From a virus: 64,000 nt of DNA. Under the pieces are notes generated by a model. That model made no database searches. It worked only from the letters and a program-made list of their open reading frames with translations, and was not told the origin of the DNA. Made by a program: the position numbers and the translations under genes. This document shows, in pieces, positions 16,433 to 24,019 of the stretch; positions within the stretch are counted from its first letter, which is position 1, and the number at the start of each line of letters is the position of its first letter. The stretch lies in the IMG/VR virus record IMGVR_UViG_3300037467_000561. One strand, 5' to 3'.

Positions 16433-16471
16433 ATTTGGAATGCTTTTATATAAGACACTTTTTGCCAAACC

Positions 16472-16480
16472 TGTGGATAA
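16472..16480 (-). promoter_or_regulatory. perfect DnaA box (TGTGGATAA on + strand)
   Basis: Exact 9-mer with the same flanks (cTGTGGATAAc) as the boxes at 12237 and 12293. Ends 3 nt before ATG 16484. Confidence 0.4.
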
Positions 16481-16483
16481 CTC

Positions 16484-17068
16484 ATGACTAAACGCAAGCC
16501 TAGCAAGTTCATTCGTACAGTGATGCGCCTAGAAGACGGACAGTACGTGACAGCACGCATACACAAAGAGACAGGGGAGATTAAGCCGTTCACGTACAGG
16601 ACCAAGCCTAAGCCACCTGTGCCGACGTTTAAAGAGACTCCTACGGGCCTTCCACCGTTTTGGGTAGGCATGCCTATAGCTGGTGAAGGGCAGGGGCGTA
16701 CAGGCACAATTGAGTCGTCTAAAGCCATTGAGAACCCATTCTTTGGGATGCTCGATCCCTACGACGTTTACGAGATTCGTAACGGTGGGGTAGGCCGCAT
16801 GGTTAGTGCAGATGACGAACTAGACGAAGATGGGCTTGACGATGCAATCGCCACACTTGCAGACAACATGCCGTTCCTTGATAACTATTTCTTCGGTATT
16901 GCCAATCTTGGGGAAAGCAACCCACTGAGCAAGAATGTTATGTTTCACCTGTTGCGATCCTTGCCAGAAATTAGCAGCAACACAATCTATCAGGCTACAA
17001 GCTACAGCCCGAACTATTGCCAAAGGTTGGCGACAGCTTTGCGCGTGTTTATTAAACTTACTACATGA
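16484..17068 (+). CDS. hypothetical protein (194 aa)
   Basis: Long ORF, no obvious SD, no recognisable motif. Confidence 0.5.
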   Translation: MTKRKPSKFIRTVMRLEDGQYVTARIHKETGEIKPFTYRTKPKPPVPTFKETPTGLPPFWVGMPIAGEGQGRTGTIESSKAIENPFFGMLDPYDVYEIRNGGVGRMVSADDELDEDGLDDAIATLADNMPFLDNYFFGIANLGESNPLSKNVMFHLLRSLPEISSNTIYQATSYSPNYCQRLATALRVFIKLTT

Positions 17069-17080
17069 AAGAATACTACA

Positions 17081-17647
17081 ATGATTAGATCGCTAGGACG
17101 TAATGGATTGTACTGTTGCGAAGAGTTGGATGATGTTTTGTTGACCAAACTACGGAGTGAAGATTGCCCCGTAGTGTATTTCTTCTACGGTAAGGCCGAT
17201 ACTCTGCTGTACATCGGCAAGACAGATAATTTCCAGTCACGCTGGCAACAACACAATCGTTCTGAAAAGAGTATGGAAGATGTAGAGAGGGTTGCACTGC
17301 ACTTGTTTGACAGTACACCCGAGATGGTATTCTACGAGGCACAACAGATTATCCTGCAACGGCCAGCATGGAATAAACGAGGAGTTGATGACATACCGTC
17401 TAAGTTTGATATAACCCCTCTTGCTACTGTGTGGTTTGATCGGCAGTTGAGATACGATGAACACGAGCTAGACGGTATATTAGAATCAATGTCTGTCTAT
17501 TACTCTGATGAATGGTTTGCAAGGCATACGGATGAAGAAATAGAAGAGGAATTCTACAAGATTGTCAGATTAAAAAGAGGATTTGAGAAAAGGGAACGTT
17601 CTTTGGTGTTCCCTCCTTTAGATAATCTTGGGTTGCCGCAGATTTAA
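17081..17647 (+). CDS. GIY-YIG homing endonuclease
   Basis: VVYFFYGKADTLLYIGKTDNFQSRWQQHNR ... YEAQQIIL...WNK gives the GIY..YIG..R..E..N order. Confidence 0.75.
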   Translation: MIRSLGRNGLYCCEELDDVLLTKLRSEDCPVVYFFYGKADTLLYIGKTDNFQSRWQQHNRSEKSMEDVERVALHLFDSTPEMVFYEAQQIILQRPAWNKRGVDDIPSKFDITPLATVWFDRQLRYDEHELDGILESMSVYYSDEWFARHTDEEIEEEFYKIVRLKRGFEKRERSLVFPPLDNLGLPQI

Positions 17648-17823
17648 TCACCCCTCGTCCTATCCTCCGGCTCAATCTCTTGCCAAAACCCCGTATTGCT
17701 AACAGGATCATCTACCCGCATATCCCACACCTCGCACCCATCATACCCAAAATCTAGGCACACGTGATGTTTCTTGCAAAGGGCTCTAAGCTCTGCAATA
17801 AAGTTGTCGTATTTGGTTGTCAT
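17644..17823 (-). CDS. hypothetical protein (59 aa)
   Basis: ATG 17823 after GGAGG. ATGA overlap with the upstream gene. Converges on the GIY-YIG gene with a 4-nt overlap. Confidence 0.5.
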   Translation of the reverse strand: MTTKYDNFIAELRALCKKHHVCLDFGYDGCEVWDMRVDDPVSNTGFWQEIEPEDRTRGD

Positions 17824-18035
17824 TTGTCCTCCATTTGCCAATTAGTTGCCTCAAAAGAACACAAGATTGCATCAGGATATTCTTTTTCAATCTTGTCATA
17901 CCATATTTTAGCCGACTTCTTAACCATGAAAAATTTAGCATTAGAGATAGCCCGAACAATGCACGGAGTTTCGTAATCGTGCTCTCCTAAGTATCTATCT
18001 CCGTCAATCTCATAGTAGTACAATCGCAATTCCAT
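17820..18035 (-). CDS. hypothetical protein (71 aa)
   Basis: ATG 18035 after GGGGAGGGA (MELRLYYYEIDGDRY...). The longer track ORF has no RBS. Confidence 0.5.
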   Translation of the reverse strand: MELRLYYYEIDGDRYLGEHDYETPCIVRAISNAKFFMVKKSAKIWYDKIEKEYPDAILCSFEATNWQMEDK

Positions 18036-18274
18036 ATCCCTCCCCATTCCGGCCTCGCCCTCTGCGCTGCCCATGTGATGTATAGTAGAACACAAAAAGG
18101 AAAGCTTGTCAAGCGCCATATCATTCTTATTTCCGTTACGCGTCACACAAAACAAAAAGGCCACACTCCCCATTGCTGGAAAGCATGGCCCTGTGCCGCA
18201 CGTTAGGCAAAGTGTTAGAAAGTGAGAAACACACATACGGCACATGGATATGGTAGACGATGCGTGAGGGGATG

Positions 18275-18430
18275 TCAAGCGTGCTCGTCAAACTCTTCCC
18301 ACCACTCTTTAGCAGACAAGAAACCAGAAATCCACAGATCGAAATTTTCATAGCCGTCTGAGTAAGGGTTGTTGTCGATTTCCCCGCCAGTTGCACCGGC
18401 AATAAATCCCAGCAGAAATGCTTTCTTCAT
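18275..18430 (-). CDS. Rmf-like small protein (51 aa), below the track cutoff
   Basis: AAGGAGGA RBS. GFIAGATGGEIDNNPYSDGYENFDLWISGF. The stop lies inside a TTGACA -35 (TTGACAtcccctcacgcatcgtcTACCAT). Confidence 0.45.
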   Translation of the reverse strand: MKKAFLLGFIAGATGGEIDNNPYSDGYENFDLWISGFLSAKEWWEEFDEHA

Positions 18431-18627
18431 TTGTTATCCTCCTTAAACACAATCTCCTCACTCTTCCGCATCCCCTTCAAGCTAAGCGCTCGATACGTCC
18501 TATAATATTTCTTCCACACCATCTTTTCACGCTCCCATTTCTTTCCGCTATTACGTGGCACTAACACCATGGCATACATGGCTTGTTTGCCGCCATAGTG
18601 GCCTTCACGTTGATTGCGAGAGTTCAT
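18427..18627 (-). CDS. hypothetical basic protein (66 aa)
   Basis: GGGGGAA RBS. ATGA coupling to the next gene. Confidence 0.5.
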   Translation of the reverse strand: MNSRNQREGHYGGKQAMYAMVLVPRNSGKKWEREKMVWKKYYRTYRALSLKGMRKSEEIVFKEDNK

Positions 18628-18652
18628 TTGATGTTCCCCCTACAGTTGAAAA

Positions 18653-18681
18653 TTGACAATATTTAGTCATCATTGTATAAT
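18653..18681 (+). promoter_or_regulatory. perfect sigma70 promoter TTGACA-17-TATAAT
   Basis: TTGACAatatttagtcatcattgTATAAT. Confidence 0.75.
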
Positions 18682-18692
18682 AATGTTATCCG

Positions 18693-18709
18693 CGTAGTGC
18701 AATGCTACG
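18693..18709 (+). promoter_or_regulatory. conserved leader hairpin (copy 1)
   Basis: CGTAG-tgcaatg-CTACG followed by TTTT. The block TGTTATCyGCGTAGTGCAATGCTACGTTTT is identical, except at one C/T position (y), to 21155-21184. Confidence 0.6.
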
Positions 18710-18750
18710 TTTTATTCTGTACACATCCCCCACAATTACAAGGAACACCT

Positions 18751-18960
18751 ATGTCACGCTCGTTTGACTATCAAACCGCGTCTGTTGACGCTATTGCTGT
18801 GCGCCTGAATCAAGTTCAAGAGCAAAGCTATTACCGACTGATTACATACTACACCAAAAAGAATGATAGTGCAATGCTTTCTAAACTGGCGCAAGCGAAA
18901 AAGCTATCTAAGATTTTCAAATTGCAGGCTGAATATATCCTAGAGTACGAGGTGAAGTAA
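18751..18960 (+). CDS. small HTH-like protein (69 aa), paralog of 21224-21433
   Basis: ATG 18751 after AAGGAA. MSRSFDYQTASVDAIAVRLNQVQEQSYYRLITYY... is about 80% identical by eye to the 21224 product. Confidence 0.65.
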   Translation: MSRSFDYQTASVDAIAVRLNQVQEQSYYRLITYYTKKNDSAMLSKLAQAKKLSKIFKLQAEYILEYEVK

Positions 18961-19412
18961 TGCGTAACAAAAACAGAGAAATACTCCTGCGAACCTACGG
19001 TAAACTCTACAGCCGTTTAGAAAACTGTAGCTTAGATGAATGCTGGTATTGCAACGATATACGACAAGCGCTAGACCATTGCCCTCCTCTAAAACATATT
19101 GATGGACTTAACATCGATAAATTTGTTAAGGGCGGAGGTAAACTCCATCTTATTCCGTCTTGCATGGAGTGTAATGGCATCCTGGGCGATAAGCCTATAT
19201 TCTACCCTGAAGAACGTCTAGCATATTTGTATGAAAAGTACATGTCCAAGGTTGATAAATTCTTTAGCGACTGGAGCGAAGAGGAAATAGCAGAACTTGG
19301 ACCACTACTTAGGCGCAGCGTGTTAGCGAAACAGAAACAAGTTAACATGTGGGTTGAAAAAGCAAGGAATATTGAGACAAACATACTTAAGTTAGACTCT
19401 GAAAACCTTTAA
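18960..19412 (+). CDS. HNH-like Zn-finger endonuclease (150 aa)
   Basis: TAATG coupling. CWYCNDIRQALDHCPPLKH ... CMECNGILGDK (CxxC...H...CxxC). Confidence 0.6.
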   Translation: MRNKNREILLRTYGKLYSRLENCSLDECWYCNDIRQALDHCPPLKHIDGLNIDKFVKGGGKLHLIPSCMECNGILGDKPIFYPEERLAYLYEKYMSKVDKFFSDWSEEEIAELGPLLRRSVLAKQKQVNMWVEKARNIETNILKLDSENL

Positions 19413-19451
19413 CTCGCAACGTCTTTGCTACGATCGCCGCTTGTAGACCCG

Positions 19452-19667
19452 TTAAACCGCTTTTAAATGGGGTTTACGAGGCACATACGAATATCCGTCA
19501 TCAAACATTGGCTCCGATTCCCAATAGTTGCCCATTCCGTCCATCCACAGGTATTCCACATCCCCTGTACGCTTATGAACTCGCACCGTATGTGCATCAT
19601 TGTAAGTGTAGTTGCTTTCAAACAAGCGAGCAAGAAACTTGAAAAGAGCCTTTGTAGTGGTTTTCAT
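19452..19667 (-). CDS. hypothetical protein (71 aa)
   Basis: GGAGAA RBS. Confidence 0.5.
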   Translation of the reverse strand: MKTTTKALFKFLARLFESNYTYNDAHTVRVHKRTGDVEYLWMDGMGNYWESEPMFDDGYSYVPRKPHLKAV

Positions 19668-19718
19668 TTCGATTTCTCCGTTGTGTGTCTGTGCTATTGC
19701 ACAGTGTTCAGTAAGTGT

Positions 19719-19747
19719 AGATTAGCACATCAGTATTGTGTTTACAA
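19719..19747 (-). promoter_or_regulatory. possible promoter TTGTAA-17-TAATCT
   Basis: rc reads TTGTAAacacaatactgatgtgcTAATCT. Followed by the CTGTGC-tatt-GCACAG hairpin in the leader. Confidence 0.35.
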
Positions 19748-19766
19748 GTGTTTTGTTGCGAGCTAG

Positions 19767-19961
19767 TTAGCATTCAATCTCCGGTAAAGTTTCCCATTGC
19801 CAAGCCTCCATCAAACTCTTGATATACAACATAGCGGCATATCCGTCTAACTGATATAGCTGCTGCGAGCGTACGTCAAAGCCTTTCCAATAACAATTCA
19901 CAAACCATTGCCCTAGCCGTAGCTCTTTAGGCTTTCGTGCAATGAACTCTGTAAGCGTCAT
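19767..19961 (-). CDS. hypothetical protein (64 aa)
   Basis: ATGA coupling. Confidence 0.5.
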   Translation of the reverse strand: MTLTEFIARKPKELRLGQWFVNCYWKGFDVRSQQLYQLDGYAAMLYIKSLMEAWQWETLPEIEC

Positions 19962-20263
19962 TCTTCATTCTCCTTAATGTAACGTTTTACGGCTTCATCT
20001 GCTGCCAGTCGTGCAATGATTGTCTGATACCCTTGCTTATCACCTGTTTCCTCTTGTAGCTTATGGGCGGCGTTCACGATCCGGCACAGATCATTGTAAT
20101 CAAGAGTACTCTTCGGATATTCCTTTTCTGGCTTGATGCGGTATTCATCGCAGCCATTCCAAGTTGGCTCAATATCAATCCAGTATCCGCAAGAGTAAAC
20201 TTGAATCTCTGCCCCATCGGCCCAGGCGTGAATTAATGCTGAGTGGCGGTGTGGTTTCATCAT
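19958..20263 (-). CDS. hypothetical protein (101 aa)
   Basis: HAWADGAEIQ...EYRIKP motif, which I recall from small proteins of other phages. Confidence 0.55.
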   Translation of the reverse strand: MMKPHRHSALIHAWADGAEIQVYSCGYWIDIEPTWNGCDEYRIKPEKEYPKSTLDYNDLCRIVNAAHKLQEETGDKQGYQTIIARLAADEAVKRYIKENEE

Positions 20264-20442
20264 TCCTCCGTTACAAGTGAGTCAATCATTGCATACAGTT
20301 CGTTGCGCACCCTATCACGTTCCGCTAGTGCCACTTCCAATTGTGATTCTGTCCCTTTCCCTTGATAGAATTGTATCATTGCTGTCACTTCGGCGAATTG
20401 GGCCATCTTGAGTTTCAATTCGTGGGCTTGTTGGCGTGTCAT
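20260..20442 (-). CDS. hypothetical protein (60 aa)
   Basis: ATGA coupled on both sides. Confidence 0.5.
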   Translation of the reverse strand: MTRQQAHELKLKMAQFAEVTAMIQFYQGKGTESQLEVALAERDRVRNELYAMIDSLVTEE

Positions 20443-20504
20443 TTGAAATGGATGTAATACATACCGTGTATTGGGTGATCAAAATGTCCGATAACTTGTG
20501 TCAT
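20439..20504 (-). CDS. tiny ORF (21 aa)
   Basis: AGGGGAAAT RBS. Its stop overlaps ATG 20442, and that downstream gene has no SD of its own. Confidence 0.3.
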   Translation of the reverse strand: MTQVIGHFDHPIHGMYYIHFK

Positions 20505-20574
20505 AGTATTTCCCCTAACGTTTGTTTCTCACATAATCACATCTTACGTAAGCACTATAAGCATGTCAAGCTTT

Positions 20575-20763
20575 TTATTCGTCTTGTCGCTTCCAAGAGA
20601 TGATAACGCGGCCGCCAAAAATCACCTCGACACTCTGTACGGCTGGCTCTAACACCTTTAATCTGTAAAGTTGCCCAATCTGAGCGGCATCTGCCGAGTG
20701 AAATTCGTAGTCTTGACCGCTGCTGTAGCACCATCGCAAGGTTACATCGTGTTTGTTGTGCAT
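20575..20763 (-). CDS. hypothetical protein (62 aa)
   Basis: ATG 20763, 1 nt after the upstream stop. Confidence 0.5.
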   Translation of the reverse strand: MHNKHDVTLRWCYSSGQDYEFHSADAAQIGQLYRLKVLEPAVQSVEVIFGGRVIISWKRQDE

Positions 20764-20764
20764 G

Positions 20765-21007
20765 TCATTTCCTCTGTACAATCTGCTGAATGATTTCAAC
20801 AGGAACATTGTTTTCTAGTAAGCTGCTCACAAGCTCTAGCCGCTCGGTGCATTTGGGCCACTTGCGCAGGAATGCAAGGGGTTTGCTATGCTCACTGTAG
20901 ACACGTGCTACCACCGAGCCATCATCGCGTCTTACTGTGACGTTTGCCAACTGGCGCGCACTACTGTTACTGCTAAAAATCAGGTAATTGCTAATTTTCT
21001 CAGGCAT
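20765..21007 (-). CDS. hypothetical protein (80 aa)
   Basis: ATG 21007 after AGGAGGA. Confidence 0.55.
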   Translation of the reverse strand: MPEKISNYLIFSSNSSARQLANVTVRRDDGSVVARVYSEHSKPLAFLRKWPKCTERLELVSSLLENNVPVEIIQQIVQRK

Positions 21008-21039
21008 ATATCCTCCTATGTTTGTCCACCTTTGCAACG

Positions 21040-21068
21040 ATCTTAATTCATCTACGTAAGATATTCAA
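21040..21068 (-). promoter_or_regulatory. sigma70-type promoter TTGAAT-17-TAAGAT
   Basis: rc reads TTGAATatcttacgtagatgaatTAAGAT. Confidence 0.5.
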
Positions 21069-21123
21069 GCACTTGAAGCAGAAATTTTAGAGCATTCACT
21101 CTAAATAAACGCTTGACTTTCTA

Positions 21124-21152
21124 TTGACAATCTGTGCAATAAGATGTATAAT
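21124..21152 (+). promoter_or_regulatory. perfect sigma70 promoter TTGACA-17-TATAAT
   Basis: TTGACAatctgtgcaataagatgTATAAT. Confidence 0.75.
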
Positions 21153-21163
21153 TGTGTTATCTG

Positions 21164-21180
21164 CGTAGTGCAATGCTACG
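21164..21180 (+). promoter_or_regulatory. conserved leader hairpin (copy 2)
   Basis: CGTAG-tgcaatg-CTACG then TTTT, at the same distance from the -10 as copy 1. Confidence 0.6.
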
Positions 21181-21223
21181 TTTTGTAAATCTGCTGTCAA
21201 AAATCCCACCTAAAGGAATAAAA

Positions 21224-21433
21224 ATGTCTCGTTCGTTCGACTACCAGTCGGCGTCCGTCGATGCTATCGCCGTTCGCCTCAACACCGTGCAAGAGCAAGC
21301 GTACTATCGTCTTGTCACATATTACAACAAGAAAAACGACGAATCAATGCTTGCAAAACTGGCGCAAGCTAAGAAGCTTTCTAAAATTTTTAAGTTGCAA
21401 GCTGAGTATGCAAGGGAATACTGTGATGCGTGA
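21224..21433 (+). CDS. small HTH-like protein (69 aa), paralog of 18751-18960
   Basis: ATG 21224. MSRSFDYQSASVDAIAVRLNTVQEQAYYRLVTYY... Confidence 0.65.
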   Translation: MSRSFDYQSASVDAIAVRLNTVQEQAYYRLVTYYNKKNDESMLAKLAQAKKLSKIFKLQAEYAREYCDA

Positions 21434-22436
21434 GCTAAAAATAACAAGAGAGGAAGTAGAAGAAAGGATAAACAACAAAGAACCGCTGAAGTTCATACAA
21501 TGGGAAGGCGAATACTCAGGAACAAGGAAGTCAGTGGCAAAAGTAGTCTGCACGCGACACAACACCGAATTTCTATTGCGCGTAACTATGTTAACTGGAC
21601 GCACTAAGGATTTCTGCCCAGCATGTAAGAGGGATAAATTGGGCTCTAACAGTAGAATGCCTGATAGTGAGATTACATCAAAGTTCGCCGCTACTGGAGG
21701 GTTTGCCGAAGGTACTTTATTTACGAGGAGTGCGAGAGTAACACGAGGAAAGCGGCTACATTGGAACGTGTTTTGCCCAAAATGTGCTACTGACGAGTAC
21801 GCCAATGCCGGACTTTGTACGGGGTGGTTTGAGGCAGAGGTGCAATCTTTGAGGGACGGAAACCCGCCGTGCCGGTGCAGTAGCACAGCTATCAACCTAA
21901 GTCCCGCACAGTGGGATTACCGCGTGACGAAGCATCTAGAAAACAGAGAAACGGGCCTTTCTTTTGTGAGGATTGAAAAAGGCCGAACATGGACAAGAAG
22001 CAAGTTAATCGTATCTTGTAAAGAGCATGGTACTTTCGATACAAAAGTGTTCAGCGTCCTATTTATGGGGCAAGGCTGTCCATCCTGTGCAAAAACGGGG
22101 TTTGACCGAAATAAGGCGTCGCACATCTACGTACTAAAAATTGAAGGTATCCATAAGTCATTTACAGGGTATGGAATATCAAATAACCTGAAGCAAAGAA
22201 TGGCGCACCATAGAAGAACCTTAAATAAGCTGGGTCTAACGATAACAGATAGTTTCGCGCTGGCTACGAGTGGAGATGCGGCATACTTAGCGGAGTGTCA
22301 ACTAAAAGAGAAATTCCCCGTAGTTAATCAGGGAATTTCTGGATTTATGAAGGAAGCCACACTGTTTGAAAACTTCCCTATTGCTGTTGAATTTGTTAAA
22401 TCATTCTCCGAAGTAGAACTGTCGGCAGTAGGTTAA
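21426..22436 (+). CDS. free-standing homing endonuclease, T5orf172 / GIY-YIG-like
   Basis: ATG 21426 overlaps the stop of the small ORF. Zn-ribbons (CPACK, CPKC, GQGCPSCAKTGFD). C-terminus SHIYVLKIEG..FTGYGISNNLKQRMAHH is related to 1564-2805. Confidence 0.75.
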   Translation: MRELKITREEVEERINNKEPLKFIQWEGEYSGTRKSVAKVVCTRHNTEFLLRVTMLTGRTKDFCPACKRDKLGSNSRMPDSEITSKFAATGGFAEGTLFTRSARVTRGKRLHWNVFCPKCATDEYANAGLCTGWFEAEVQSLRDGNPPCRCSSTAINLSPAQWDYRVTKHLENRETGLSFVRIEKGRTWTRSKLIVSCKEHGTFDTKVFSVLFMGQGCPSCAKTGFDRNKASHIYVLKIEGIHKSFTGYGISNNLKQRMAHHRRTLNKLGLTITDSFALATSGDAAYLAECQLKEKFPVVNQGISGFMKEATLFENFPIAVEFVKSFSEVELSAVG

Positions 22437-22892
22437 AAGGGTTTCTTGATCTATAATACCTGAGCAGTGAAACCAAGGCGTACCCCAATCCTGAGCCTCT
22501 ATCCACGCGCGGGAAGGTTCGCAAAAATCATTCAGTTCGCCCATGATGCGGACAGCCGGACCGCCAGTGCAGAGGAGAATCTGGAATTCGCTAGGCGTAT
22601 CGTCTCCTCCGATGGAGTGCCAGCCGCTACGCACTTGCACGTCCAATGCATCCTCTTGGATACGCTCGCGTGCATCGTCTTCGGATTCGTTACCGTTTGC
22701 AGCTTCGTCAAGCTCTTGCAATTCCTCAGAGTATTCACTATCCCATGCTGCCAACTCTTCGATTGTGCCTTCATTCTGGATAGTGTGACGCTCATTTTTC
22801 AACTCTTCCAGCCGGTCATAATCGGCATTTAGTGCAGCCACCATTGCAGCGATGCTGTTAGCTTGTGCGACGGCTTGATTGTATGCGTTGTT
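22401..22892 (-). CDS. hypothetical acidic protein (163 aa)
   Basis: ATG 22892 after AAGGAGAAG (MSNNNAYNQAV...). The track extension to 23294 crosses a promoter, a terminator and a repeat and is rejected. The 3' end overlaps the convergent endonuclease gene by 36 nt. Confidence 0.6.
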   Translation of the reverse strand, partial: NNAYNQAVAQANSIAAMVAALNADYDRLEELKNERHTIQNEGTIEELAAWDSEYSEELQELDEAANGNESEDDARERIQEDALDVQVRSGWHSIGGDDTPSEFQILLCTGGPAVRIMGELNDFCEPSRAWIEAQDWGTPWFHCSGIIDQETLLTYCRQFYFGE

Positions 22893-22950
22893 GTTAGACA
22901 TTTTAGCTTCTCCTTGTTTGTTAGCGCCCTGTGCGCCTTCCATGTAGAGC

Positions 22951-22979
22951 ATCTTAGACCAGCACACGAAGCCCGTCAA
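22951..22979 (-). promoter_or_regulatory. sigma70-type promoter TTGACG-17-TAAGAT
   Basis: rc reads TTGACGggcttcgtgtgctggtcTAAGAT. Confidence 0.55.
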
Positions 22980-23149
22980 GCACTTTTTGAAAAAATTTTT
23001 AGAGGGTGTGTCTGACGACCTAGTAAGCAAAAGAAGCAAATTTCTGTACCAGTCTGCACCCTCTATATAGAGTGGTCTAAAGGGCGTGCCTATAGAGCGG
23101 CAGATGGCAGGCAAGGAACCGCCCCATAGCTCTACATAAGCGCTCCACC

Positions 23150-23180
23150 ACAAAACAAAAAGCCCGCACAAAGGCGAGCT
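23150..23180 (-). terminator. intrinsic terminator
   Basis: rc reads GCTCGCC-tttgt-GCGGGC then TTTTTGTTTTG. The sequence is closely related to the terminator at 7265. Confidence 0.6.
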
Positions 23181-23206
23181 AATAAGAATTTCCCAAAACG
23201 TATATA

Positions 23207-23224
23207 CCCCTCGTTGATCCCAAG
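23207..23224 (-). repeat. 18-bp exact direct repeat, copy 1 (CCCCTCGTTGATCCCAAG)
   Basis: Identical 18-mer at 27299-27316, which is the 5' end of C-rich element copy 2 as read on the minus strand. Confidence 0.85.
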
Positions 23225-23290
23225 CCCTTGGCATTCCTGGCTCAGCAACGAATTTCTCCTCATAATCGTTTGCGAGATTCCAAAACAAAA

Positions 23291-23494
23291 TCATCCCTCC
23301 GTTTTCACCCTCCTAGCCGCCATCCCTTGGAATTCCCAATAGAAAGGATCAATCACCATGTGAGTGTTTAGCATCCTAACACGCCCTCTTGAACCATAAT
23401 TCTTGAGGACAACATATTCATCCTCGCAGAACTCGATGATGTCTGATGGTTTGAAACGTTCCTCTTTATTTGTTGTGCCTAACACTTTCCTCAT
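23291..23494 (-). CDS. hypothetical protein (67 aa)
   Basis: GGAGAAGGGAAT RBS. Confidence 0.5.
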   Translation of the reverse strand: MRKVLGTTNKEERFKPSDIIEFCEDEYVVLKNYGSRGRVRMLNTHMVIDPFYWEFQGMAARRVKTEG

Positions 23495-23508
23495 ATTCCC
23501 TTCTCCAT

Positions 23509-23718
23509 TTATGGCATAATAAGAAGATAACGAGCAGCTTGTACGAATGTTCGCATTTCAACTGGCAAGTCCCACTTGCCATCAAACTGGTAGCGCAAGT
23601 TAAGATGCTCCATCTGTTGAGGCCAATCCTTTCCGGCAGATGCTTGGTTGATGTAGGCGTAAAGTTCGTCGCCCTGTACGCTTAGGATTGTAATTTCATC
23701 TTTCGATAGTTCGGCCAT
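23509..23718 (-). CDS. hypothetical protein (69 aa)
   Basis: AGGAGAG RBS. Confidence 0.5.
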   Translation of the reverse strand: MAELSKDEITILSVQGDELYAYINQASAGKDWPQQMEHLNLRYQFDGKWDLPVEMRTFVQAARYLLIMP

Positions 23719-23783
23719 CCCACTCTCCTGTGATTTTGTTTAGTATGCACATGGTAGAATGGGAATGGTGTGTTAGTCAAGTG

Positions 23784-24017
23784 TTATTTGTCAGGGTACA
23801 GCATTTGTGACACATACCAGTTCGGCGAGTTGAGGTCCACTTTATTTACGTTGCCTATTACTATATGCTGCCCAACATATGTTTCCAACAGGCAGACCTT
23901 TAGACAGCCGTGTGTAATAGTATCTATTTTACTCATGTACGTGTGGTTGTCGGCATGTGTTGCAACTGGAAGGTTTGGCAAGCTCAATAGCACATAGGCC
24001 AGTTCGTGAGAATTCAT
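23784..24017 (-). CDS. hypothetical protein (77 aa)
   Basis: ORF packed after the Lar-like gene. Confidence 0.45.
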   Translation of the reverse strand: MNSHELAYVLLSLPNLPVATHADNHTYMSKIDTITHGCLKVCLLETYVGQHIVIGNVNKVDLNSPNWYVSQMLYPDK

Positions 24018-24019
24018 TT

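Noticed and set aside
22893-23294. N-terminal 134-aa extension of ORF 22401-23294.
   Set aside because: The extension runs through a terminator hairpin, the 18-bp repeat and a TTGACG-17-TAAGAT promoter. A strong AAGGAGAAG-ATG start exists at 22892.
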